Positions 27,904-36,106 of a DNA stretch of 38,338 bases are shown piece by piece; the stretch's first letter is position 1; each line of letters starts with the position of its first letter. The stretch covers positions 1 through 38,338 of IMG/VR virus record IMGVR_UViG_3300034102_001942. One strand, given 5' to 3'. The translations under genes and the position numbers were made by a program. Origin of the DNA: a virus (Duplodnaviria > Caudoviricetes). The notes beneath the pieces were generated by a model. That model was not told where the DNA came from and did no database searches. It saw only the letters and a list, made by a program, of their open reading frames with translations.

Positions 27904-30900
27904 ATGCCTAACCTTGAAGAGTTGCAACTAGCCCACGACAACCTGCACAAGGCTTACCCTGAGCCTGATGGCGCGGTGGTGGAAGCGCACCACATCCTCG
28001 CCCATCAAATGGACGAGTTGGGCCACACTCACCCAGATGAGGGTGTGTGGACTGAAACGGCTGTTGAAATCAACCGAACCCCTGTTTCTGTGGGGGATGA
28101 GATTGACCTTGACCTCCCTGAAGAGGTTTTAGAGGACTTGCACAAGGCAATCACGCAAGACAGTGATGTTGTTCTTTACATGACGGCTTACGGTCACCAG
28201 TTGCGTGTTGAACCAGTTGACAAGGGTTTAGAAATCACCGAAGAGTTGACTGACAAACAAATGCAAGCCCTGTTTTCAACAAACAAGGCCGTTCTTCACG
28301 AACATGGCGAAACACTCGTGCCTGAGGAACAGGCCCTACACGATGCCCTCCTGAGCGTGACTAACGAGTATGGCAAGTTCAACCAAGACATGACAGGTGT
28401 TTGGGCAGGGTACGACAGCGCCAGAAACAACAAACAAGCGTCCATGGGTGTGAACTGCCAGAACTGTGCGCTTTACGCCGGTGATGGTGTTTGCACAATC
28501 ATCAGTTTGCCCGTGGAGCCGATGGGTAAGTGTCGCTTCGCCATCATCCCAGATTATTTGATTGTCACCCCAGACAAACAACCCGAGTTGGCTAACAAGG
28601 CTGTTGACATGGCTGAGATTGACGACCAGAACCGTTTTACCCTTGGCCCGTGGTACATCCCTGACATGCTGGACGCCCACGAAGAGTGGACGGATGCACA
28701 AACTTTGCAAGAAGCCGCTTGGGGTTATGTTCGCGGTGGTGACCGTGCTATCCGCCTACAACACAACCGCGACATTGTGGCTGGTGAGTGGGTAGAAATC
28801 ATGCAAATGCCTTTCCCAATCACCGCCCCAATCACTGCACCAGACGGAACCGACACCGAACACACTTACCCCGCTGGGACAGTTTTCCTTGGTGTGATTT
28901 GGGAACCGTGGGCTTGGGAACTGGTCAAGGCCGGTGAACTGCGTGGTTACAGTGTTGGTGGTAAGGCTGAACGTATTTTGGCTGACATCAACGAAGACGC
29001 TGTTGGTAAAGCGTTAGAGGATGTCCTGAAGCACCCGGGCCACCCTGACCAAAAAGTTCACGGACGTAAGGGCATCACTTCGTCTTCTGCTGAGACAGCA
29101 CTTTTCGGTGACAATAAGAACGGGTTAGCCCACGCACGCATCCCAAAGCGCGAAATCAAACTTGAATACTCCGATGGGTATGACCGCGGCTTGCAAGCAT
29201 TGAACGACTCTAAGGCTGGGGGCGACATCCAAACCCAAATCACGGAGGCTAAGTCCATTTTCCGTGACGAAGTGGCCTTGTTGCAAGTTGAGCCACCTCG
29301 CACAACTGCTGGTGAAGTGTTGGCTGCTAACGCAGTGAACCTGAGCGGTTTTGTTGATGGTGCTTCCGGTACAAAGCGCCGTTACAGGCAACCAATGTTT
29401 GGTGGTGACATCCTTGGTCGTTACACACTGTCCACAGCGGACATCCAAAAACACGGCGACCCTTCACGACCAAACTACGCAGCCCAACACCCAAACAGCC
29501 CAGCGCTGGCATCTGGTGGTGGGTACAAGGCGAAGCCTGCTGGTGGCAAGGGCGGAACCGTCCCCATTAGCGATGCAGATTTCAAGGCTTTGGGCAACCC
29601 CGAAACGTCTTATTGTGGCAAGTTTGTTATTGGTCAAAACCCAGACGGCTCCCCCATTTTTACCCCTGAACGCCAAGCCTTACACGACAAGATTGTTGCT
29701 GAGGCCCTAGCCGATGGTAAAACCACGGATAACCCAGAGTTCTTGCTGATGGGTGGTGGTTCTGGGGCGGGTAAGTCAACTATCTTGAAGGCTGGAAACG
29801 GTAAGAAAAAAATCCGTGGAGGCAAAATCCCCGAGGCCGTGGTGGATAAGCCTGAAAACGCGGTAACCATTGACCCTGACGCAGTGAAAACAAAACTACC
29901 TGAGTACCAAGTGGCAACACAATCAGGAAACACTGGGGACTGGAAGCCAGCAGCGCACTTGTCCCACGAAGAGTCCTCGTACATCGCTAAACGAATACAA
30001 GCGGGCGCCCTTGACATGCAAACAAATGTTGTTTTGGATGGAACTGGTGACTCTTCGCAGAAAAGCCTGCTAGGAAAAGTTGCTACGGCTCGTAGCAGGG
30101 GCTACACGGTGCGTGGTGTTTATGTTTCGTGCCCCACTCGGACTGCTGTGACTCGTGCCAAGAGACGAGCCGAACAAACTAAGCGGTACGTTCCAGAGTT
30201 TGTTATTGAACGCATCCACCGAGAAGTTTCTAACCTTGTTCCAGATGTTGCTGACCAGTTTGACTCCTTTGAGTTGTGGGACACCAGTGGTGGTAAGCCA
30301 ATCAGAACCGCCAGCACAACTTTTGGTAAGCCGATTACAGTTCACAGTGCTTACCGTTGGGGCCAGTTCGTGGATAAGGCAAGGAAGGGAACTGTTAGCA
30401 AAGCGATTTTAGACCCGATGGGTGTGAAGCGTTTGGGCAGGATTTGTATTTTTATTGCCTCAGGTTTGACAAAAAAAGATTTTGGTGCGCTCACCGAGGA
30501 AGAGTCATCGGCTTGGGATGTTTTGGTTGAAGAAATCGCCCAAATGGATGCTGATGGTTACGGCATTGAGGTTCCATCTGAGTGGGAAGACATTGAAATG
30601 GGGGAGGTTACCAAGCACGGTGACCCTTCACGACCAAACTATGGTTCCCAGCATCCCAGTAGCATCTCAGGACGGTCAAAGGCTTCACAAACAAGTAAGC
30701 GCCCTTACAGCCCAGCAGCGTTGCGAGCCGCTATCAACCTTGTTGCCCGTGGTAAAGCCGTTGAGCCTGCGGTGACTAAGGAAATGACTGACCTTGCTTC
30801 TAAAAATGGTGGGGAAATGGTGGGTTTGTCTAATCGCATGAAGGGTGAGGACTCACTGGCTGGAAAAATCCAATCCGATGCGACCAAGGAACATGGCGGA

Positions 30901-31308
30901 AATGTTGACGCCGCCGCCGCAAAAATCTCGGATAGCGTTCGTTACACAATGTCTTTTCCTGCCGAAACTTACACTGCTGGGGTGCAAAACACTTTGGCTG
31001 AGTTGGAGTCCAAAGGGTACACGGCTCGGACAAAAAACTTTTGGGTCAAGGGTGACCCTTACAACGGTATCAACGTGGCCCTAACTTCACCTGATGGTTT
31101 TCCTGTTGAGTTGCAGTTCCACACCCCTGAAACTCTCCGCACAAAAACTAGAACCCACGCGGACTACGAGCAGTACCGTAATCCTAAGGCTCCACTTGAA
31201 ACTAAGCGTTTCCTGTATGATAAAATGGCTGGAGTTGCGGATGCAATCAAGTTCCCAACTGGTGCGCTGTTGAGCATCGGGGAACCAAAAATCCAACCGC
31301 GACCGTAA
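27904..31308 (+). CDS. XkdF-type prohead protease polyprotein with zeta-toxin-like kinase and RelA/SpoT-like domain
   Basis: Protease G..Y.PD..DAH.E...LQH...GTV...W..VK.GEL.GYSVGG; kinase GGGSGAGKST, IDPD.VK, VLDGT; RelA-like R.K...SL..K, DSVRY, YNGIN, ELQFHT; three tags. Confidence 0.85.
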   Translation: MPNLEELQLAHDNLHKAYPEPDGAVVEAHHILAHQMDELGHTHPDEGVWTETAVEINRTPVSVGDEIDLDLPEEVLEDLHKAITQDSDVVLYMTAYGHQLRVEPVDKGLEITEELTDKQMQALFSTNKAVLHEHGETLVPEEQALHDALLSVTNEYGKFNQDMTGVWAGYDSARNNKQASMGVNCQNCALYAGDGVCTIISLPVEPMGKCRFAIIPDYLIVTPDKQPELANKAVDMAEIDDQNRFTLGPWYIPDMLDAHEEWTDAQTLQEAAWGYVRGGDRAIRLQHNRDIVAGEWVEIMQMPFPITAPITAPDGTDTEHTYPAGTVFLGVIWEPWAWELVKAGELRGYSVGGKAERILADINEDAVGKALEDVLKHPGHPDQKVHGRKGITSSSAETALFGDNKNGLAHARIPKREIKLEYSDGYDRGLQALNDSKAGGDIQTQITEAKSIFRDEVALLQVEPPRTTAGEVLAANAVNLSGFVDGASGTKRRYRQPMFGGDILGRYTLSTADIQKHGDPSRPNYAAQHPNSPALASGGGYKAKPAGGKGGTVPISDADFKALGNPETSYCGKFVIGQNPDGSPIFTPERQALHDKIVAEALADGKTTDNPEFLLMGGGSGAGKSTILKAGNGKKKIRGGKIPEAVVDKPENAVTIDPDAVKTKLPEYQVATQSGNTGDWKPAAHLSHEESSYIAKRIQAGALDMQTNVVLDGTGDSSQKSLLGKVATARSRGYTVRGVYVSCPTRTAVTRAKRRAEQTKRYVPEFVIERIHREVSNLVPDVADQFDSFELWDTSGGKPIRTASTTFGKPITVHSAYRWGQFVDKARKGTVSKAILDPMGVKRLGRICIFIASGLTKKDFGALTEEESSAWDVLVEEIAQMDADGYGIEVPSEWEDIEMGEVTKHGDPSRPNYGSQHPSSISGRSKASQTSKRPYSPAALRAAINLVARGKAVEPAVTKEMTDLASKNGGEMVGLSNRMKGEDSLAGKIQSDATKEHGGNVDAAAAKISDSVRYTMSFPAETYTAGVQNTLAELESKGYTARTKNFWVKGDPYNGINVALTSPDGFPVELQFHTPETLRTKTRTHADYEQYRNPKAPLETKRFLYDKMAGVADAIKFPTGALLSIGEPKIQPRP

Positions 31309-31317
31309 AGAGGAGTT

Positions 31318-31527
31318 ATGAAGGCACGCTATTTTGTGAACCGCCCCGAGGGTGACAGCGCGGTAACTACACGCTTGCGCTGGAACCTTGATTTGATGCA
31401 GATTGAAGAGTTAGTCAACGGTGTTTACACCAAGGCCAGTCAACAGGACGATGATTACTGGACTGAAAAAATCCTCTTTGGCGGACAATGGTTGGAAGAA
31501 ATCACTGCTGACGTAGCCGGTACTTAG
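31318..31527 (+). CDS. Small protein, putative immunity protein 1
   Basis: SD AGAGGAG; directly follows the RelA-like domain; function inferred. Confidence 0.6.
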   Translation: MKARYFVNRPEGDSAVTTRLRWNLDLMQIEELVNGVYTKASQQDDDYWTEKILFGGQWLEEITADVAGT

Positions 31528-31551
31528 GCCCTAGCGGTGTAATCTGTTCCC

Positions 31552-31758
31552 ATGGATACCGAATACTTTCTGTACCGAAGGTCAGGGGTTCCAAACTTTG
31601 TGCCCGTGTTGTTGCGTTACACCCGCGAAACTGTTGTAGTTGACCGTATGGTTGCTGAAAAGTGGGAACCAGATTTGAGTAACTACTTTTTGAGAAAAGT
31701 TTTGTTGGGCGACAGCGATTTGACCTTGCTTGATTATGAAGAGTTGGCGGTTCTGTGA
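31552..31758 (+). CDS. Small protein, putative immunity protein 2 (probable paralog of the previous gene)
   Basis: TAATCT-N6-ATG; shared YF...LR(W/Y)...Y...K(I/V)L.G...L pattern. Confidence 0.6.
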   Translation: MDTEYFLYRRSGVPNFVPVLLRYTRETVVVDRMVAEKWEPDLSNYFLRKVLLGDSDLTLLDYEELAVL

Positions 31759-31937
31759 GCGAGCATCCCCCGATTATTCAACAGTGGATTGAGCAACTGT
31801 TGTCCCCAGAGTTCTCTGCGATGCTGGAAGCAATCCCTTACGAGCAGATTGACGTCCGCTTGTCGGCTTCCAAGGGGAAGGCCCGTAAGAACCCTGTCAT
31901 CATCTTGAACGGCGGAACCACGCCTAGCCAGTTTTAG
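31755..31937 (+). CDS. Hypothetical protein
   Basis: GTGA-coupled. Confidence 0.55.
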   Translation: MSEHPPIIQQWIEQLLSPEFSAMLEAIPYEQIDVRLSASKGKARKNPVIILNGGTTPSQF

Positions 31938-31948
31938 GGCTGGTCGTC

Positions 31949-32239
31949 ATGTGGTGGTCTTTTGCGCTCGCGCTCGGGAGCATTTTTGGGATTTGGTTGG
32001 TTACCCGCAGACCCAAGTTCGGCTGGTATTGGTGTTTCGGCATGGAGGGGCTGTGGATTTTGTGGGGTGCGCTGACTAGGCAGTGGGGGATTTTGGCTTT
32101 GTGTTGCTGTTATGCGTTCATTTATGTGCATAACGCTGTGAAGGGGTCAGTACGACCCGCCCCCAGCGATGCTCATGGCGAACAGAACAAATGCGATGAG
32201 TGTGAGCGCGAACATGGTTCGCACAATGCTTCTAAGTAG
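31949..32239 (+). CDS. Small multi-pass membrane protein
   Basis: Trp-rich hydrophobic helices. Confidence 0.6.
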   Translation: MWWSFALALGSIFGIWLVTRRPKFGWYWCFGMEGLWILWGALTRQWGILALCCCYAFIYVHNAVKGSVRPAPSDAHGEQNKCDECEREHGSHNASK

Positions 32240-32501
32240 CATCTGGTTGCCCCTCTAGTTGTTGTTCCAGTTGTGAGATGAGCAGTTCGCGTTGTCGTTG
32301 GGTTACGGCTGAGCCGTCTCCACCACAAGCCCTGCAAAAGGTTTGTCCACCGTCTAGCCAGTAGGGTGAGGCTCCTGAGCCCCAGCACTCTCCGCACATG
32401 CCGTGTTGTTGGGCGTGGATGTCTGTTGCTAGTCCTTCCCATCCGCAGGTGCAGTGCCCGTAGTTGCCTTTGGGGGTGAGGAAGTGTTCTGGGTCAATCA
32501 T
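32232..32501 (-). CDS. Zinc-binding small protein
   Basis: CTCGW...H..QH; CGECWGSG...CRACGGDG; box at 32536-32556. Confidence 0.65.
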   Translation of the reverse strand: MIDPEHFLTPKGNYGHCTCGWEGLATDIHAQQHGMCGECWGSGASPYWLDGGQTFCRACGGDGSAVTQRQRELLISQLEQQLEGQPDAT

Positions 32502-32568
32502 GGTTTGCCTTCCATTGGGTGCCAGATACCCCCCAACCGTAGCACACTGGTGTTAGGGGGTAGTGGAT

Positions 32569-32994
32569 TTAGTCGCAGTTTCCACGAGGCACGGGCTGGG
32601 CATCGCCAACCTGTGCAACCACGTTCTCGTAGTATTCCTGACTGAAGGGCAAGGTGGAGTAGTCCTTGGGGAGAACCCCGTTCACCCTGCCGGAGCGCTC
32701 AACTACCGCAAAGTGCCCTGTCTGAGTCTCAACGTAGTACGTCCCGTTGTCTCCGTTGTCGGTGTCCAGTTCTTCCAGAACCCCCACATCAACCTTTGTG
32801 GTTTCTCCGAAGAAGTTTTGGATGACCTTGGCGACACCCTCGGCCTGCTCGTACTTGCTGAGCAATCCTGAGTAGCCCCACACGGACGCTACTTCAAGGA
32901 ACGCTTGGACACTCTCAAATCCACCGTTCCAGTGGACATAAACTGCTGGTGACTCCGGCTTGGTGCCGAAGGCGATTACTGCTCGGTTTCCCAT
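32569..32994 (-). CDS. Phage hypothetical protein
   Basis: MGNRAVI...VY.HWNGG..SV..FL...DNG.Y; box and SD. Confidence 0.7.
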   Translation of the reverse strand: MGNRAVIAFGTKPESPAVYVHWNGGFESVQAFLEVASVWGYSGLLSKYEQAEGVAKVIQNFFGETTKVDVGVLEELDTDNGDNGTYYVETQTGHFAVVERSGRVNGVLPKDYSTLPFSQEYYENVVAQVGDAQPVPRGNCD

Positions 32995-33039
32995 TTTGTT
33001 TCCCTCCCTTTCCTTCAGTTCTATTGTACCACACCATGG

Positions 33040-33273
33040 TTAGGGGAGAGACCAAGGGTTTGCGCTGGCAAGCGCATTGGTCTCAAAGCCAAGGTCTGCC
33101 CCCAGCGTTTGGGCGCACTCCCCGTAGTATTGAACCAGTTCCCAGTTTTCAGCCTCTAGGGCCTGAGCGAGTAGTTGCAACTGGTAACGCAACTCTGTTG
33201 ACTTCTTCTTGATGGCACTTTTGGTCACCCGCTCGGTGCCATACCCTTGGTTGACTCCGTATTTGTAACTCAT
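33040..33273 (-). CDS. Hypothetical protein
   Basis: Box plus SD GAGGTGG before ATG 33273. Confidence 0.6.
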   Translation of the reverse strand: MSYKYGVNQGYGTERVTKSAIKKKSTELRYQLQLLAQALEAENWELVQYYGECAQTLGADLGFETNALASANPWSLP

Positions 33274-33330
33274 GCTTCCACCTCCTCTCTCTCCCTTACG
33301 GTGTAAGCATACCACACCGTGGTTAGCAAG

Positions 33331-33765
33331 TCAGTAGGACACGAAGTATTCTTCAACCTCGTGCAACTTTGCTTCCAAGAACTCCACCTGCTCGGGGCTC
33401 AAACCCAAGGTCTCGCCCTCTTCATCAGTGCCACCAGTGAAGATGACCGTCCCGACCACGATGTCAACCAAGGGGCCGTTCAAGTCAGTTCCGTATTCTT
33501 CCTGCATCAAGATGGTGCCGAAGGCGTTGACATAACCGACTTCAGCCAACTTGCCCTCTTCGTCCACCCACATGTCAATGCCGACCGAGGGCAAACTCAC
33601 GCACTCAATGTATCCACCGACTGCCTTGCTGATGACCCCGTAGGACTCACCAATGGTAAACTTCTCGTAGAAGCCAACCGCTTCAGAGCCTTCTGCATGT
33701 GGCGGTACTCTGACCGCGATTTGTTCTCCGCCAAAAACGGGAACCGTGAACATTTTCTTTTCCAT
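33331..33765 (-). CDS. DUF3846-like protein
   Basis: VGGYIE.V...MWVDEEGKL....N...VG.VIFTGG.DEEGET.GL. Confidence 0.75.
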   Translation of the reverse strand: MEKKMFTVPVFGGEQIAVRVPPHAEGSEAVGFYEKFTIGESYGVISKAVGGYIECVSLPSVGIDMWVDEEGKLAEVGYVNAFGTILMQEEYGTDLNGPLVDIVVGTVIFTGGTDEEGETLGLSPEQVEFLEAKLHEVEEYFVSY

Positions 33766-33806
33766 GTCCCTCCCCTTCCTTTCAGTTGAAGCATACCACA
33801 CCATGG

Positions 33807-34247
33807 TTAGGGGCCTGTCAGCGACTCGCTCGGATACACCATTTCCCCAGACTCAATGTCCTCACGAACGTGCTGTTCGCTCCACAGGGGCTCAACATCC
33901 AAGACCCTATGGAAAGGGAAGCAATCCAGCCGTAAACCGTCCACAAGCCACTCACAGCCCTCGTCACCCCACTCCCAGAGCCCCCGAACCAACGGAAACT
34001 CAACCAAGGGGTTGAACTGGCGAGCCGTAACGTCAATGACGACCTCTTCAGCCTCCACCCAAACCGCCCAATGCTCACGGCGCGGATAGTCCAAACCAGT
34101 CATCCTGATTTGACTAGCCTCAACACCCTCAGAACGCAAGAACTCAGCCAGTTTCTCAGAGGCTATGGCGCACTTGCCCCAAGCGTGAGATGGCACGGCT
34201 AGGTCAGTGTTGCCACTGCACCAGCGCTCAACCAGTTCGGTCAGCAT
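33807..34247 (-). CDS. Papain/transglutaminase-like Cys-His-Asp protein
   Basis: GKCAIAS...EHWAV...VIDVTARQF. Confidence 0.55.
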   Translation of the reverse strand: MLTELVERWCSGNTDLAVPSHAWGKCAIASEKLAEFLRSEGVEASQIRMTGLDYPRREHWAVWVEAEEVVIDVTARQFNPLVEFPLVRGLWEWGDEGCEWLVDGLRLDCFPFHRVLDVEPLWSEQHVREDIESGEMVYPSESLTGP

Positions 34248-34253
34248 CGGCCC

Positions 34254-34559
34254 TCACACAATGGAGTAGTAGGGGTCTGTGTAGTCCAGCGCCACACCGA
34301 TACGCAGTCGGGACTCACCGTTGCTGTATCCGACATAGTTGGTGCTGGGGTCATCTACCCACGTTTTGGTGAACACCTCGCGGTACACACCGTGGGGGTA
34401 GTAAGTGTCAACGTGGATTTCGCTAACTTCACCCTTGGTTTTCACTACCTTGGCGATGATTGCCGATTTTAGGCTGGTGCTGACCAGCGATACTCGGGTC
34501 ACATCTACGCCCTTGAAAGGCTTTTTGTCAGTGAACCCTGCTGGAAACATGTTTTTCAT
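34254..34559 (-). CDS. Hypothetical protein
   Basis: Box and SD; ...IG....Y.DP tail. Confidence 0.65.
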   Translation of the reverse strand: MKNMFPAGFTDKKPFKGVDVTRVSLVSTSLKSAIIAKVVKTKGEVSEIHVDTYYPHGVYREVFTKTWVDDPSTNYVGYSNGESRLRIGVALDYTDPYYSIV

Positions 34560-34599
34560 TTTCTCTCTCTCCCTCCGGTCTTATGATACCACACCGTGG

Positions 34600-34833
34600 T
34601 TAGGCGCTAGGCTCAGGCGTGCTTTCCAGCAAGGTCACCTCAACGATGTGCAGGGGTGCGCTGGTGTATTTCTTTTCATCTGACAAAGCCCTCTTAGCGA
34701 GTTTTTCGCTACCAGCCCAGCGGACTACATAACCGCAATCTCCACCGACTACAACTGCGTGAGTGTAGATGTGGGTTTTGCTGTTGCGCTCGCTGGTCAC
34801 TCCGTCTGCGTGGGTCACAATGTGTTTGTTCAT
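34600..34833 (-). CDS. Hypothetical protein
   Basis: R.SKTH.YTHAVV motif; SD AAGGGG. Confidence 0.6.
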   Translation of the reverse strand: MNKHIVTHADGVTSERNSKTHIYTHAVVVGGDCGYVVRWAGSEKLAKRALSDEKKYTSAPLHIVEVTLLESTPEPSA

Positions 34834-34842
34834 GTTTTCCCC

Positions 34843-34992
34843 TTAGATGCCGTAATACTCAACTTCTCCCGCAATCGCCTCTGCAAGCGCGGTGATTACT
34901 TTTTGTTGCTCAGCGATAAGCGCACTGAGTTTTTCAATCGCTTCCACGGTCGCTACTGTTTGCTTCGCGTGGGTTCCCGTAAACTTTGCCAT
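34843..34992 (-). CDS. Small helical protein (49 aa)
   Basis: Not in track; box and SD GGAGGG; MAKFTGTHAK... Confidence 0.6.
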   Translation of the reverse strand: MAKFTGTHAKQTVATVEAIEKLSALIAEQQKVITALAEAIAGEVEYYGI

Positions 34993-35071
34993 GTTCCCTC
35001 CCCTCTCTTTCAATCAAATCGTACCACACCGTGGTTAGGGGCTTGACACTACCCCTTTGATTACTTACTGG

Positions 35072-35482
35072 TCAGTCCATCCGTGACTGACCGTAAGCCT
35101 TGACTCCAGCCTGCTGACACACTTGCGCGTAAGCATCGGCGTAAGCCTCTTTGATTTCCATGGACTGGGTGTTCAGCACTGGGTGTTGGCCTCCAATCCA
35201 CACACTTACACCGCCTCCGTAGTGGTACTTAGCGTGACCGTTTTTCAACAGCCACCCTCCGAAGCCTCGCCCCGTAGTCCAGACCCAAGCGAACCCACAC
35301 GTTCCGCTCGGGACGATGTAGGTCTGTTCGGTGTAGTCAATGTCATTACCGAACGGGCGGGTTGGTGTTCCGACAATCATTGGTGTCGGGACTTTTGCCA
35401 GCGCTGCGGTGATGCCCGCCTGATGCGCCTTTTCGTGGAGCGCTTGCCACTTTTGTGCAGTGGCGGTTGTCTTGGTTGTCAT
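35072..35482 (-). CDS. Phage hypothetical protein
   Basis: G.CGFAWV...QSME.KEAYA.AYA.V....G+.AY..SR.D; box and SD. Confidence 0.7.
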   Translation of the reverse strand: MTTKTTATAQKWQALHEKAHQAGITAALAKVPTPMIVGTPTRPFGNDIDYTEQTYIVPSGTCGFAWVWTTGRGFGGWLLKNGHAKYHYGGGVSVWIGGQHPVLNTQSMEIKEAYADAYAQVCQQAGVKAYGQSRMD

Positions 35483-35601
35483 GTTGCCTCCCTCTCTGAC
35501 ATCTGAAGGATAGCACACCGTAGTTAGGGACTGTTAGACCCCCCCCCTCTAACGCCTAACCGTGGTGTGCTACCCTAAGGGTGTTGGAGGGAGGTGAGAA
35601 C

Positions 35602-35766
35602 ATGACTTACAAATACGTTTACACCGTTGAAATCAAAGGCAAGGGTGTCATCCCGTTTGAGTTCGCTACGAAGGCTGAGGCTTTCGCTTTCGGCTCGGCC
35701 TCGTTTACGCCCTACACCGTTTCCAAGATTGTGGTGAAGGTGGCTGAACCAGCCCCCGCTGTCTGA
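35602..35766 (+). CDS. Small hypothetical protein
   Basis: Box plus SD GGAGGT. Confidence 0.6.
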   Translation: MTYKYVYTVEIKGKGVIPFEFATKAEAFAFGSASFTPYTVSKIVVKVAEPAPAV

Positions 35767-35812
35767 CCACTAACCAAGGTGTGGTATCCTAAAACCGAAA
35801 GGGAGGGAAGAC

Positions 35813-36094
35813 ATGGAAAAGACAATCAAGTTCACCAAGTCCGGTGTCGTGACCACGGTTTACGTTGAACACGGCTTCACCGAGAACGTCGTAATCACCT
35901 CGTCCAAGATTGACGAGATTGGCACGGTCACCCCAGCCAGTGGCGCTGAAGGATTTCACGAAACTGCGACTGGCTTTGAGGCTGTAATCACCAGCGCCAC
36001 CTACACGGGTGACCACTGGAAAAAGGGCTGGTTCAGGACTTTCGGTGAAGCAGTCGGACACATCGTCGCTCACTCTGGAGCGTTGACCGAATAA
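35813..36094 (+). CDS. Hypothetical protein
   Basis: Box and SD. Confidence 0.65.
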   Translation: MEKTIKFTKSGVVTTVYVEHGFTENVVITSSKIDEIGTVTPASGAEGFHETATGFEAVITSATYTGDHWKKGWFRTFGEAVGHIVAHSGALTE

Positions 36095-36106
36095 GGGGAG
36101 GTACCA

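Larger units (their letters stand above)
32536..35527 (-). promoter_or_regulatory. Seven minus-strand copies of the promoter box
   Basis: At 32536-32556, 33023-33043, 33306-33326, 33790-33810, 34583-34603, 35018-35038, 35507-35527; -10 hexamers TACGGT, TACAAT, TATGCT, TATGCT, TATCAT, TACGAT, TATCCT. Confidence 0.8.

Noticed and set aside
16012-30660. Tag-coding DNA repeats as a CRISPR array or mobile repeat
   Set aside because: Copies are in frame inside ORFs, vary at synonymous positions and are spaced hundreds to thousands of bases apart
523-31296. Long antisense and alternate-frame ORFs (e.g. 5270-5998, 7451-8050, 12785-13474)
   Set aside because: Shadows of well-supported genes, with no motifs or start signals
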